Assembly: GCA_964400675.1 (NCBI GenBank)
Contig: CAYNVO010000004.1
Location: forward strand, 77,723-141,722
DNA length: 64,000 nt
Source: an uncultured Dehalococcoidales bacterium
GTDB taxonomy: Bacteria; Chloroflexota; Dehalococcoidia; GIF9; UBA5629
Direction: 5' to 3'
Shown here: piece by piece, positions 48,447 to 57,206 of the stretch
Layout: every line of letters begins with the position of its first letter
Numbering within the stretch: position 1 is the stretch's first letter
The notes under the pieces: generated by a model
Databases searched by the model: none
Told to the model about the DNA's origin: nothing
What the model saw: the letters and a program-made list of their open reading frames with translations, nothing else
Made by a program: the position numbers and the translations under genes

Positions 48447-48627
48447 GATTCACCTCTATCCAGTCAACGTCTCGCTATTATAGCACCGTCGTTATCTCGA
48501 GTATACATGGTTATTTTACTCCTAAGCTTATATCTACATCCCTATTGACCTTCTCCTGATTCTTATTTATCGTCGCGTTGAAGGAGGTCAATATGAGTGG
48601 TACAATACCAACTATAGCGGCACTGGC

Positions 48628-48673
48628 ACTCATAAGCCCTTGGTCGCTGGTTCAAATCCAGCCGCTGCCACCA
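48628..48673 (+). repeat. tRNA-Met 3' fragment, copy 1 (anticodon loop to CCA; att-like)
   Basis: ACTCATAAGCCCTTGGTCGCTGGTTCAAATCCAGCCGCTGCCA identical to the tRNA, followed by CCA. Confidence 0.95.
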
Positions 48674-48824
48674 ATATCCCTAGAACACCTCATAAAGAAC
48701 AAGGATTTACCCAACATACTCAAGGCTATTTAGCTTCCCCGATTGAACAAGCAATTAACAGCTTGCTGTAATAGGGCAAATTGTCTACGAAGACAGGCTT
48801 TTATATTATCCTAGATGTTTCGAG

Positions 48825-49136
48825 CTATTTTTTCATCAATATTCGGCACGGGGCAACCATGACCAGCAGATAACCGATTATCCTGATGATAATTATGAAC
48901 GCTTCTAAACTCGCTGCCAGTCCCGCCAGCGTTAGAGCATGAGAAACGGCAAACAAACCGAAGGCGATGCCGATGTAAAGAGATACCTCAGGAATAGCCA
49001 TTGCCCTGCCAGGTGCTGAGGCTTCGCTACTACTGAGTTTGTGAAGAGCTATGTCAGACTTCCTCTTAATATACGCCCAGATGCCCAAAATGAATATTAC
49101 GGTAGTCAGGATCAAATTGATAATAGTAATCGTCAT
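48825..49136 (-). CDS. Small multi-pass membrane protein (cassette 2)
   Basis: Three hydrophobic segments; AAGGGG RBS-like sequence. Confidence 0.7.
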   Translation of the reverse strand: MTITIINLILTTVIFILGIWAYIKRKSDIALHKLSSSEASAPGRAMAIPEVSLYIGIAFGLFAVSHALTLAGLAASLEAFIIIIRIIGYLLVMVAPCRILMKK

Positions 49137-49437
49137 TTTTTATACCCCCTTTACTTTTGAAATTCAGCAACGTATGCAACACGGCTTCAAGCCATATCCA
49201 CATTATGTTGCCAGCCCGACATCGTACTAGCTTTGACCGACAAAGTAAATAGTGCCATACGATTATAAACTGTACGGCGAAGACTCTGGATAACTTTATT
49301 GCCACCATAATCCCGCCCACAAACCTGATTTATCCTCAGCAATCTCCTCGTTGCTTTTGATGGTTAAGAACGAATCTGTAGAAGTAATACGAGATTTTCT
49401 TGACCAGTTGGCTACTATTCTAGGCTTTACTCGACTT

Positions 49438-49471
49438 TTGGTCACTGGTTCAAATCCAGCCGCTGCCACTT
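49438..49471 (+). repeat. tRNA-Met 3' fragment, copy 2
   Basis: TTGGTCACTGGTTCAAATCCAGCCGCTGCCACTT; one mismatch to the tRNA. Confidence 0.93.
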
Positions 49472-49513
49472 ATGTTTTAGCTTCACCTAGCCATTTTGCG
49501 CCTGGTACGGTTA

Positions 49514-49888
49514 CTAGACTCCAGCCAACCCCTCTAACAACCCAAACTCTATAATAGATACAAGAACGGCGATACAAATACCGAAACCTATACCCTTCGC
49601 TATTTCCCATTTACGCGTAACTGCAAAACCAGCCAATGCTAGCAGAGCTGCACCAATGACAAACATGCCCGTAATAAAAAGATTGTTTGAGATGTCCGAT
49701 ACTTCAACGTTTCCAGTTGCATTTTGTAATAACTGGAAGACCACAGCGGTTACAGCTAAAACCAGAGATGGAAGTATTACTGACAATATTGCGTATTTAC
49801 GGGGTTTAGATAGGTTCTTTCGAGGTCTAAGCATCCAGGCAACAATGCAAACAGCGACAAATACAGGAATGGTAAATATCATAATCAA
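49514..49888 (-). CDS. Small four-TM membrane protein (cassette 3)
   Basis: Four hydrophobic segments; AGGAGG RBS. Confidence 0.75.
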   Translation of the reverse strand: MIMIFTIPVFVAVCIVAWMLRPRKNLSKPRKYAILSVILPSLVLAVTAVVFQLLQNATGNVEVSDISNNLFITGMFVIGAALLALAGFAVTRKWEIAKGIGFGICIAVLVSIIEFGLLEGLAGV

Positions 49889-49940
49889 TGCCTCCTATTT
49901 TGTGTTTCATCTTGCTTCTAGAATAGCACAACCTGTCAAT

Positions 49941-49975
49941 CTTGGTCACTGGTTCAAATCCAGTCGCTGCCACCA
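49941..49975 (+). repeat. tRNA-Met 3' fragment, copy 3
   Basis: CTTGGTCACTGGTTCAAATCCAGTCGCTGCCACCA; compensatory A:T pair in the T-stem. Confidence 0.93.
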
Positions 49976-50104
49976 TCAGGTATAAATCCACGCCTTTTTG
50001 ACCGCTGGTAGATCTACCATGACCATATGCTATACTTTTATGGTTAGGGATTAACTTGGAGAAAGGCATATGCAGTTCGCTTAGTGTTCGGAGCATTTCG
50101 TACT

Positions 50105-51238
50105 ATGGCATATAGGGCTGACATTACTATTATTGGGGCTGGCATAATTGGATTGGCGATAGCCGCACAAGTGGCGGAGGATGATAGAGATATTTATGTG
50201 CTGGAAAAGAATGAAATTTTTGGTCAAGAAACAAGTAGTAGACACAGTGGGGTTATCCACTCTGGCATCTATTATCCCGAAGGCTCACTAAAGGCGAAGA
50301 TGTGCGTAGCGGGGAATCAGATGCTCTACGAGCTTTGCGCAAAGTATTGTATAGGTCACAGGAGAATAGGAAAGTTGATAGTGGCAGTATGTGAGGAAGA
50401 AACTGATGAATTGGAAATATTGCTTGAGCAAGGCCAGAGAAACGGAGCAGAGGGGCTCAAGATACTTTCAAGACGAGAAATGAAGGAGTTGGAGCCAAAT
50501 GTAGAAGGGGTCGCTGCCATTCTGTCCCCTTCAACCGGCATTATTGACTCACATGAATTGATGAAATATTTCATTGCTAAAGCCGAGGGCCAAGGAGTTC
50601 AAATAGTTTACCAAACAAGGGTGGTGGGAATAGAAAAGGTATCCGGGGGATACAAAGTCACTGTACGAGATCGCACAGGAGAATTCCAATTCATCACGAT
50701 GATTCTTATAAATTGTGCTGGCCTCTACTCTGATAGGGTTGCCGAACTAGCTGGCATAAATATAGCAAAGGCGGCGTACAAATTGCATTACTGCAAAGGG
50801 GAGTACTTCAGCGTAGGCAGGGGTAAAAATGGGTTAGTTCAAAAGTTAATATTTCCACTACCACCACCTGGAGTCGCTGGCTTAGGGATTCATGTCACCA
50901 TTGATCTAGAAGGGGTGATGCGATTAGGTCCCAGTATCCACTATGTAGATAGTATAGATTATGCTATCGGCAATCAGCATAAACAGCTCTTTTATGACTC
51001 AGTAAGGAAGTTCCTACCTTTTATCCAGTATGACGATTTAGAACCCGAAATGGCTGGCATTAGGCCAAAGCTTCAGGGGCCTGGGGAAGAGATCAAAGAT
51101 TTTGTGATTAGGGACGAAGGTGATAAAGGCCTACCGGGATTTATCAATCTTATCGGGATTGAGTCGCCCGGCTTGACAGCCTCGCCTGCCATAGCTCAAT
51201 TTGTAGGCAGCTTGGTTAAACAGCTGACAGGCAAATGA
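50105..51238 (+). CDS. FAD-dependent oxidoreductase, L-2-hydroxyglutarate oxidase (LhgO)-like (cassette 4)
   Basis: IIGAGIIG, TSSRHSGVIHSGIYY, KGEYF, GIRPK, GIESPGLTASPAIA. Confidence 0.88.
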   Translation: MAYRADITIIGAGIIGLAIAAQVAEDDRDIYVLEKNEIFGQETSSRHSGVIHSGIYYPEGSLKAKMCVAGNQMLYELCAKYCIGHRRIGKLIVAVCEEETDELEILLEQGQRNGAEGLKILSRREMKELEPNVEGVAAILSPSTGIIDSHELMKYFIAKAEGQGVQIVYQTRVVGIEKVSGGYKVTVRDRTGEFQFITMILINCAGLYSDRVAELAGINIAKAAYKLHYCKGEYFSVGRGKNGLVQKLIFPLPPPGVAGLGIHVTIDLEGVMRLGPSIHYVDSIDYAIGNQHKQLFYDSVRKFLPFIQYDDLEPEMAGIRPKLQGPGEEIKDFVIRDEGDKGLPGFINLIGIESPGLTASPAIAQFVGSLVKQLTGK

Positions 51239-51299
51239 CATGGGCGTCTGGAAGCACGTCAAAAATGGGAGGTTTATTGTGTAACTTTTTAAGGAATAG

Positions 51300-51324
51300 G
51301 GTTCAAATCCAGCCGCTGCCACCA
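51300..51324 (+). repeat. tRNA-Met 3' fragment, copy 4 (T-loop to CCA)
   Basis: GGTTCAAATCCAGCCGCTGCCACCA. Confidence 0.9.
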
Positions 51325-51377
51325 TCTACTCCCGTGTTGACAACCGTATGCAATCGCCGTATCTTACAAATTGAGAA

Positions 51378-52124
51378 ATGAGAAAGTTGGGTATTTTCCT
51401 CCCCATTCTTATGATGGCGTTGCCTCTGTGTGCAGTGTCCTGTGTCACCGTGGAAGTTCCGGTGGTGGAGACTTATTACGATACCGAATACAGGACTGAA
51501 TACAAGACTGAAACCTACACGGAAACTGTGGATGCCGTCGTGAACTCTCGGCAGGGGAGAAAATATCTTAGACCCAGCGTAAAATGGTATACCGACCTGA
51601 TTGTCTCCGGGTATCAAGGTTCAGGCGGCACATACTACTATGGCTATCAGGTTGACCCATCGGGGCATTCTAAAGCCCAGGTGGAAGTCCGTGTTTCGTC
51701 AGGTGCGCAACAGCAAAAAGGGCTGGTGCGGGTTTACGACCTTACCGGCATAGGCCAGATTCCTCCACGCCCAACCCCGTTCAAAGAAATTTGGTATCAG
51801 CCGGATGAACTGAGCTGGTTGAATAGCCTTAATTACACGCTCAACGGTACACGCCTCCTGGGTGAGGTGCGCACTGGCGCAGGAATGGATGACTATATTA
51901 TCTTTGGTGCTGATGGAATAAGGGAGTTCGGCATATTCGCCACTACCTGGCACGCCTATTCCATAAGAAGTGTTCAACTGGTATGGGTCGATGAAACAAT
52001 GGGCAAAAAGACGGTCACCCTGGAAAAGCAGGTACCGTATCAGGTACCTTACCAGGTCGAGAAACAGCGGATGGTCTACAAAACAGAAAAAGTGCCTTTC
52101 TGGCAGGCTATCTTGGGTAGGTAG
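51378..52124 (+). CDS. Hypothetical lipoprotein
   Basis: Signal peptide ending AVSC; TEY/QVPY repeats at both ends. Confidence 0.7.
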   Translation: MRKLGIFLPILMMALPLCAVSCVTVEVPVVETYYDTEYRTEYKTETYTETVDAVVNSRQGRKYLRPSVKWYTDLIVSGYQGSGGTYYYGYQVDPSGHSKAQVEVRVSSGAQQQKGLVRVYDLTGIGQIPPRPTPFKEIWYQPDELSWLNSLNYTLNGTRLLGEVRTGAGMDDYIIFGADGIREFGIFATTWHAYSIRSVQLVWVDETMGKKTVTLEKQVPYQVPYQVEKQRMVYKTEKVPFWQAILGR

Positions 52125-52129
52125 CAGTC

Positions 52130-52384
52130 TCAGGATTGGGTGGTTTGTAATTTAAACGCGCTACCCACTCCGATTTGTATGGTAGCTAATTCGCCTAATC
52201 GTTTTGCCGCCCTGGCCGGAATCCAATTAGTGGGTTTCCAGGAGCCGTTATAGCCTGGCAACAAGATCGTATAGTAGCCATCATTGGTCGTTATACCTAT
52301 CTTGCAGCCGTCACCCAGGTCGATTATTTCCTTGGGCTGCCAGTTTACTTGATTTTCAGACTTTTCGGATTCGATGCTATACAT
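52130..52384 (-). CDS. Hypothetical protein
   Basis: 84-aa ORF with AAGGAG RBS. Confidence 0.55.
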   Translation of the reverse strand: MYSIESEKSENQVNWQPKEIIDLGDGCKIGITTNDGYYTILLPGYNGSWKPTNWIPARAAKRLGELATIQIGVGSAFKLQTTQS

Positions 52385-52544
52385 GCTTAACTCTCCTTCA
52401 CGTTAGTTGACTTTAGTTTACCATTGATATAGAGAAAGGGAATCATCATTAAGTACTGATTTTCAACACCTGATAGTACTGAGTATTTAATAGTACTATA
52501 TGATTATCAGGGCTTTATCGGTTGTTTGACCTTGTGCCTGTGCT

Positions 52545-52628
52545 GAAATCGCCACGGGGCTACGTCCCTGCGATGACAGGAAGAATTGCCATTGCCAGCC
52601 CTTCAGCGGAAGGGCGTGGCAATGTCTC
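52545..52628. repeat. REP-like paired palindromic element
   Basis: ATCGCCACG...GCGATGAC and an inverted GCCATTGC...CGTGGCAAT, each with an internal hairpin. Confidence 0.6.
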
Positions 52629-52650
52629 AAAAAAATCAAAGGTTATGCCA

Positions 52651-54108
52651 TTAGCGGCTGCTGAATTTGATAGCCCGGTCGTAAAGTAGCTCCGTATATG
52701 CTGGGCCCACCCTGGTAGCTGGCTCTAAATAGGCGCGAATCGCCACAAAGGCAGGCTCATCTAGTCCGACCCCATGTGCTTCGGGACCCGTTGGCACTAC
52801 AACACAGTTATTTTCAGAGCTACAGCTACGCGTAAACTTGCACACGTAAAGATATTTAGCCAGCGGGTTGCCGGGTAAATATTCCTCGGCGCTGCCTGTG
52901 TACTGGGTACTATAGATACCGGCTACCCCGTTCCAGCCAGCCTCGCCGTAGAAAGAGCAGTTCGAGTACGTGGCCTTTCCGCTGGCAGCATGGTTGACAC
53001 CGTATACAATGACAAACTCATCCGGGTCATCGCCCAGTGTAAAGGTATCGCAGCGCAGGTAGACCGTGTCGCGGCTCTCTCCTGCCACATAAGTCTCTGT
53101 CTGGACTGCCTCGTAGGATTCAGGAAGCCAGACAGAAGTTTCCAGCTCATTCGCCGAAAGATTGCTGTACTTTGCCAGTATAGCCCGGCGCAAGTCATCC
53201 AGCGCCGGCTGTAAGTCCACCTCGGTTTTGCCCGTACCCCTGACACGCAGCGCAGGCGCCGGAAACGGGTCGAGCTTTGTCTGTGATTTAGGTGTTACCC
53301 GAATGGCTGCCGATGGGGTATTTACGTATTCCTGCCCTGCTTTTTCATCAGCGAAGAGCGCCATGCGGTGCCCTAAGACAATGGTGTCGAACTCAGGGCC
53401 TGTGCCCAGCTTGACCATTGAACTCGGTATTATATACGTGTTTATGATATCTGCCGGATATCCTGCTGATGCAGCAGCACTGCGTATGCGCTGGTCAGTA
53501 CCCTTGTCAGCCGTGACGATGATGATGGTATCCTGGTTGAAGGGGTTACCCTTTGCCCCATCAGGTGTACCCGAAGTTTTGATAGTTAGGTTATTCAGCG
53601 GGTCGTTATAGCTGGTGAAAACCCATTCACGCTGCTGGTCTTTTTCGTAGTATTTATAGAAAATGAAGCCGCAGTAGCTGAAATAGGCGCATTCCGGAGG
53701 GGTCTTTGTGACCAGGATAATCGCCTCATCGGGATTCATCTGCCATCCCTGTATCAGCCCGGGAGTACCATATAGCCAACTTTCTATTTTGTCTTGAGCA
53801 TTAGATAGCTCCTTCACATCCTTTATGGCTATATTGTCTGGAATAGCACCGAACACCCCTTTATAAGGTGCGCCGGCGTTATTGCCGCAGGCATTGGCTA
53901 ATTTCCCGGCTTCGTATAGTTTAACTAAGTCCACATGGACAAACGGCGCCAGTTTCAAAGTGAAGTCGCTCTCTAGCGAAGAGTTGAAAGCCTCAATATC
54001 GCCGCTTGATAGACTGGTGGTAGGCACCGTGGGAGCGCAGGATGTTACTACGGATATGAGGACTAAGGAAATAATTGAAACTAAGGTAACCGGCAATAAT
54101 CGTGACAT
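52651..54108 (-). CDS. Hypothetical lipoprotein
   Basis: Signal peptide with VTSC lipobox, AGGAGG RBS, 485 aa. Confidence 0.8.
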   Translation of the reverse strand: MSRLLPVTLVSIISLVLISVVTSCAPTVPTTSLSSGDIEAFNSSLESDFTLKLAPFVHVDLVKLYEAGKLANACGNNAGAPYKGVFGAIPDNIAIKDVKELSNAQDKIESWLYGTPGLIQGWQMNPDEAIILVTKTPPECAYFSYCGFIFYKYYEKDQQREWVFTSYNDPLNNLTIKTSGTPDGAKGNPFNQDTIIIVTADKGTDQRIRSAAASAGYPADIINTYIIPSSMVKLGTGPEFDTIVLGHRMALFADEKAGQEYVNTPSAAIRVTPKSQTKLDPFPAPALRVRGTGKTEVDLQPALDDLRRAILAKYSNLSANELETSVWLPESYEAVQTETYVAGESRDTVYLRCDTFTLGDDPDEFVIVYGVNHAASGKATYSNCSFYGEAGWNGVAGIYSTQYTGSAEEYLPGNPLAKYLYVCKFTRSCSSENNCVVVPTGPEAHGVGLDEPAFVAIRAYLEPATRVGPAYTELLYDRAIKFSSR

Positions 54109-54241
54109 TTTCTTTACCCTCCTTATTATGTTTTGATTTTAACTCCAGGCTATCTGCTTAGTCAATGTGACAGCGTCTTGACTTTCGCCACGCTGTCGCT
54201 TATCGTAGGGCTGCGTATTGGTTCGGGAGCAATAGCCTGAA

Positions 54242-54457
54242 ATGAGCGGACGAGATAGTTTCATACTGGAGCTTATCTATTTTGCGGTAGGTTGCGCCGC
54301 ATTAGGAATAGTAATAACCTTCATTATGGTTTATATCTGCCAGTATTTCGGCATCGATATATACAAAAACACGTGGCTGCTGCTGGTACCCCTGTTTTTA
54401 TCGATTGCCTTGAATATCACCATTATTGAGCTGTACCGCAAGTACAGGAAGAAATAG
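54242..54457 (+). CDS. Small two-TM membrane protein
   Basis: Two hydrophobic helices and a basic tail RKYRKK. Confidence 0.7.
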   Translation: MSGRDSFILELIYFAVGCAALGIVITFIMVYICQYFGIDIYKNTWLLLVPLFLSIALNITIIELYRKYRKK

Positions 54458-54461
54458 CCAT
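54402..54461 (+). repeat. Direct repeat A, copy 1 (3' end of the 54242..54457 gene)
   Basis: 54/60 identity to 55661..55720. Confidence 0.9.
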
Positions 54462-54503
54462 AACAAATACATGTCTTCCTGCTATACTCTGATGACGGAA
54501 ATT

Positions 54504-55652
54504 ATGAACAAGGCAATAGTTGCTCTGGTAAGATGCGATACATACCAGGAGGACAGTGTCTTCGGGGCAGTTCAGGAAGGGCTCGACCTTCTCGGTGGAG
54601 CTTCCGTTTTCGCAAAAGGCAACGAAAAAATCGTACTGAAACCGAATGTGCTCATTGGCGCTAATCCAGAGAACTGCGTAACTACACATCCGTCAGTGTT
54701 CAAAGCGGTGGGGCGATCGCTCATGGAAGCGGGTGCCAGTGTCTACTATGGCGACTCACCGGCGTTTGGCAAGGCTGAGTTTAATATGAGAAGAGCCGGC
54801 CTGAAACAGGTCGCGGATGAGTCGGGGTTCAATCTGGCTGATTTTGACGCCGGCAGGCCGGTCAGTCACCCAGGTGGGTTACTGGTGAAGAGCTTCGTGA
54901 TTGCTAACGGAGTCCTGGACTCTGACGGGTTGGTAAGCCTGCCGAAGTTAAAAACGCACCCTCTTGTCCGGTTTACCGGGGCGGTTAAAAATCAGTTTGG
55001 CTGTGTACCCGGCTTGCTGAAAAGCCAGTACCATGTTAAGTTGCCCGACCCGTACGATTTCGCCACCATGCTTGTTGATTTGAATACTCTGGTCAAACCG
55101 CGTCTTTGTGTTATGGACGGCATTATGGCTATGGAGGGCAATGGTCCGCGAAGCGGCAAGCCAAAGAAGATGAACGTACTGCTATTATCCACTGACCCTA
55201 TTGCGCTGGATGCAACAGCTTGCAGGATAATAAACCTCGATCCCGCAGTTGTGCCAACATCTAAACCGGGGGAACAGTCCGGGCTAGGAACATACCATGC
55301 TGAGAACATCGAAATAGTCGGAGAAAATATCGAGCAGTTCTTCGATAGCAAATTCGAAGTAATCCGGACTCCTCCGGTGCCTTGCACCAGTAGCCGATTG
55401 AGAATCTTCGTCAAGAATCAAATATGCGAGAGACCGGTTATCGACGAAGCAAAATGCACCAATTGTGGCACCTGCGTTATGATGTGCCCAGTCGACCCAA
55501 AAGCTGTTAACTGGCACACAGTTGATACCTCCAGGCCACCCACACACAAATATGACCTCTGCATACGCTGTTACTGCTGCCAGGAAACGTGCCCTGAGGG
55601 AGCTATTCTGCTGGAGAGTCCATTGCTGGCTAGATTATTCTCCCGTATTTGA
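54504..55652 (+). CDS. DUF362 domain protein with C-terminal 2x[4Fe-4S]
   Basis: LKPN...TTHP, LPKLKTH...GAVKNQFG, MEGNGP, D.IALD, two CxxCxxCxxxCP. Confidence 0.88.
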   Translation: MNKAIVALVRCDTYQEDSVFGAVQEGLDLLGGASVFAKGNEKIVLKPNVLIGANPENCVTTHPSVFKAVGRSLMEAGASVYYGDSPAFGKAEFNMRRAGLKQVADESGFNLADFDAGRPVSHPGGLLVKSFVIANGVLDSDGLVSLPKLKTHPLVRFTGAVKNQFGCVPGLLKSQYHVKLPDPYDFATMLVDLNTLVKPRLCVMDGIMAMEGNGPRSGKPKKMNVLLLSTDPIALDATACRIINLDPAVVPTSKPGEQSGLGTYHAENIEIVGENIEQFFDSKFEVIRTPPVPCTSSRLRIFVKNQICERPVIDEAKCTNCGTCVMMCPVDPKAVNWHTVDTSRPPTHKYDLCIRCYCCQETCPEGAILLESPLLARLFSRI

Positions 55653-55660
55653 TGTTGCGG

Positions 55661-55720
55661 CGATTGCCTTGAATATTACCTTTATTGAACTGTATCGTAA
55701 GTATAGGAAGAAATAGCCAT
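55661..55720 (+). repeat. Direct repeat A, copy 2 (displaced gene 3' end)
   Basis: Encodes IALNITFIELYRKYRKK* versus IALNITIIELYRKYRKK*. Confidence 0.9.
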
Positions 55721-55759
55721 CGAGCTGGGGCAAGTTATTGATAGTAGGAGGCGCAAAAT

Positions 55760-55909
55760 ATGCAGACTAAATTTAATAAGTTGGGATGGTTGGGATTTCT
55801 TGGATTCTTAGGGTTCTCAGGATTCACAATGTCAAGGCTGTACTTTATTTTCTTTCTATTCTTCTTATTCTTTCTGTGCTTCTTACCAAGCCGACCTAAG
55901 TCGAAGTAA
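55760..55909 (+). CDS. 49-aa Phe/Gly-rich membrane peptide; not in the ORF track
   Basis: MQTKFNKLGWLGFLGFLGFSGFTMSRLYFIFFLFFLFFLCFLPSRPKSK; AGGAGG RBS. Confidence 0.65.
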   Translation: MQTKFNKLGWLGFLGFLGFSGFTMSRLYFIFFLFFLFFLCFLPSRPKSK

Positions 55910-55963
55910 AGGTTGACGTGTCTGTAGGTTAATCCGGCCTTGTTTTAGGGGCGTATCACAAAT

Positions 55964-57043
55964 TTATTTGAAAGGGTATTCTTTCCCCTTTTCCTTGCCT
56001 ATAACCTGCAGCATCTCCAGTTCATTGGAGAAAACGGCGGAAGCTTCATCGGGCGATTTTTTAGCCATGGAAATCGACCCTGTGGGACACGTAGATACAC
56101 AGAGCCCGCAGCCGATGCACTTCCCCCTGTCGATGACGGTAAGGTCGTTTTCGATTTTGATGGCGTTTACCTGGCACCGGTCCACGCAGACGAGACAGGT
56201 GATACAGGTGTCGACATCTTTAGTGGCGTAGTAGTTCGACCTGACAATGAATCCCGGGCTGTCGTATTTTGTTATGCTTGCCAAAGCCTTGCAGCAGCAG
56301 CCGCAACAGTTGCATATAAATATCTTGTTGCTGGCGTGGTTTGAGGAGAAGTGAATCAAGCCCGACTCCTCGGCTTTCTGAAGTATCTTTTTTGCCTCTT
56401 CCTTTGAAATCTCCCTGCCCAGTCCGTTCTCGATGTAGAAATCCGCCGCCGGTCCGAAGCTCATACAAGCCTCCAGCAGCTTGTCGCAGCCCTTTCCAAG
56501 CATTCTGGCTTCTTTCCGGCAGATGCAGTCGGCAACGGCGAACCTGGTGTTTGATTCGATTATCTGGGACACCTGCTCGTAAGGTTGGACTTCGCTGCCG
56601 CCCTGTATCTCCTTCTCCACGGGAATGACGCGGAAGCCACCCGTTTTTGAGCTTCTCCAGGCAGGTATCATTCCCTCCTGGTAGAACCTCTCGTACAGTT
56701 CGATATCTTCCTTGGTCATGCTATTCAACTGGAACTCCCAGATTCCCACCATCCACGGCATCAGGAAGTAATAAATCTCCTTATCAGGCGCTCTATAGCG
56801 CATTATAAGTCCCCGTTTCGACATGTCGTACAGGGTTTTCCCCAGTTCAGTTTCATCCTTACCCGTCCGCTGTGCTATAGTCGATACTTTGTCCGGGCGG
56901 GGTCCCATGTGCAGCATAATCTCGGCTTCATCTGGGCTGAGCAGATGTTGCAGTACCTCTATATCCACGCCGCTATCGGTTTTAGGGAACCCCTGGGGGA
57001 ACATATCCAGTCTCTGGCGAAGTCTCTCATAAACGTCAGACAT
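55964..57043 (-). CDS. 4Fe-4S binding protein with N-terminal wHTH-like region and CNCC motif
   Basis: CICR, ICNCCGCCC, two C-terminal ferredoxin motifs; start MSDVYERL. Confidence 0.85.
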   Translation of the reverse strand: MSDVYERLRQRLDMFPQGFPKTDSGVDIEVLQHLLSPDEAEIMLHMGPRPDKVSTIAQRTGKDETELGKTLYDMSKRGLIMRYRAPDKEIYYFLMPWMVGIWEFQLNSMTKEDIELYERFYQEGMIPAWRSSKTGGFRVIPVEKEIQGGSEVQPYEQVSQIIESNTRFAVADCICRKEARMLGKGCDKLLEACMSFGPAADFYIENGLGREISKEEAKKILQKAEESGLIHFSSNHASNKIFICNCCGCCCKALASITKYDSPGFIVRSNYYATKDVDTCITCLVCVDRCQVNAIKIENDLTVIDRGKCIGCGLCVSTCPTGSISMAKKSPDEASAVFSNELEMLQVIGKEKGKEYPFK

Positions 57044-57154
57044 TTCAGTCTCCTTTTGCAGTCCTGCCAGCATTGCGCAGGCAATCGATTAAACGCCCCT
57101 TATTGTATCATTTCTTAATTTAGTATTGCCTGGCTCTGTACTCGTCCGGCACGT

Positions 57155-57190
57155 TTCTCCCTCGATGGGGGAGGGTTAGGGTGAGGGTGA
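57155..57190. repeat. Short palindromic intergenic repeat
   Basis: TTCTCCCTCGATGGGGGAGGGTTAGGGTGAGGGTG; resembles a widespread CCCTCTCCC...GGGAGAGGG..GGGTGAGGG REP-like family. Confidence 0.5.
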
Positions 57191-57206
57191 ATCTGCCATT
57201 TTGTTT

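Noticed and set aside
47775-51324. CRISPR array or tRNA gene cluster interpretation of the repeats
   Set aside because: Spacers are 0.5-1.3 kb and contain genes, and no cas genes are present. The copies lack the 5' acceptor strand and D-arm, so they are not complete tRNAs.
55522-55716. 64-aa ORF ending ELYRKYRKK as a real paralog
   Set aside because: Only the last 17 codons match (direct repeat A); the rest is an off-frame overlap with the DUF362 gene.
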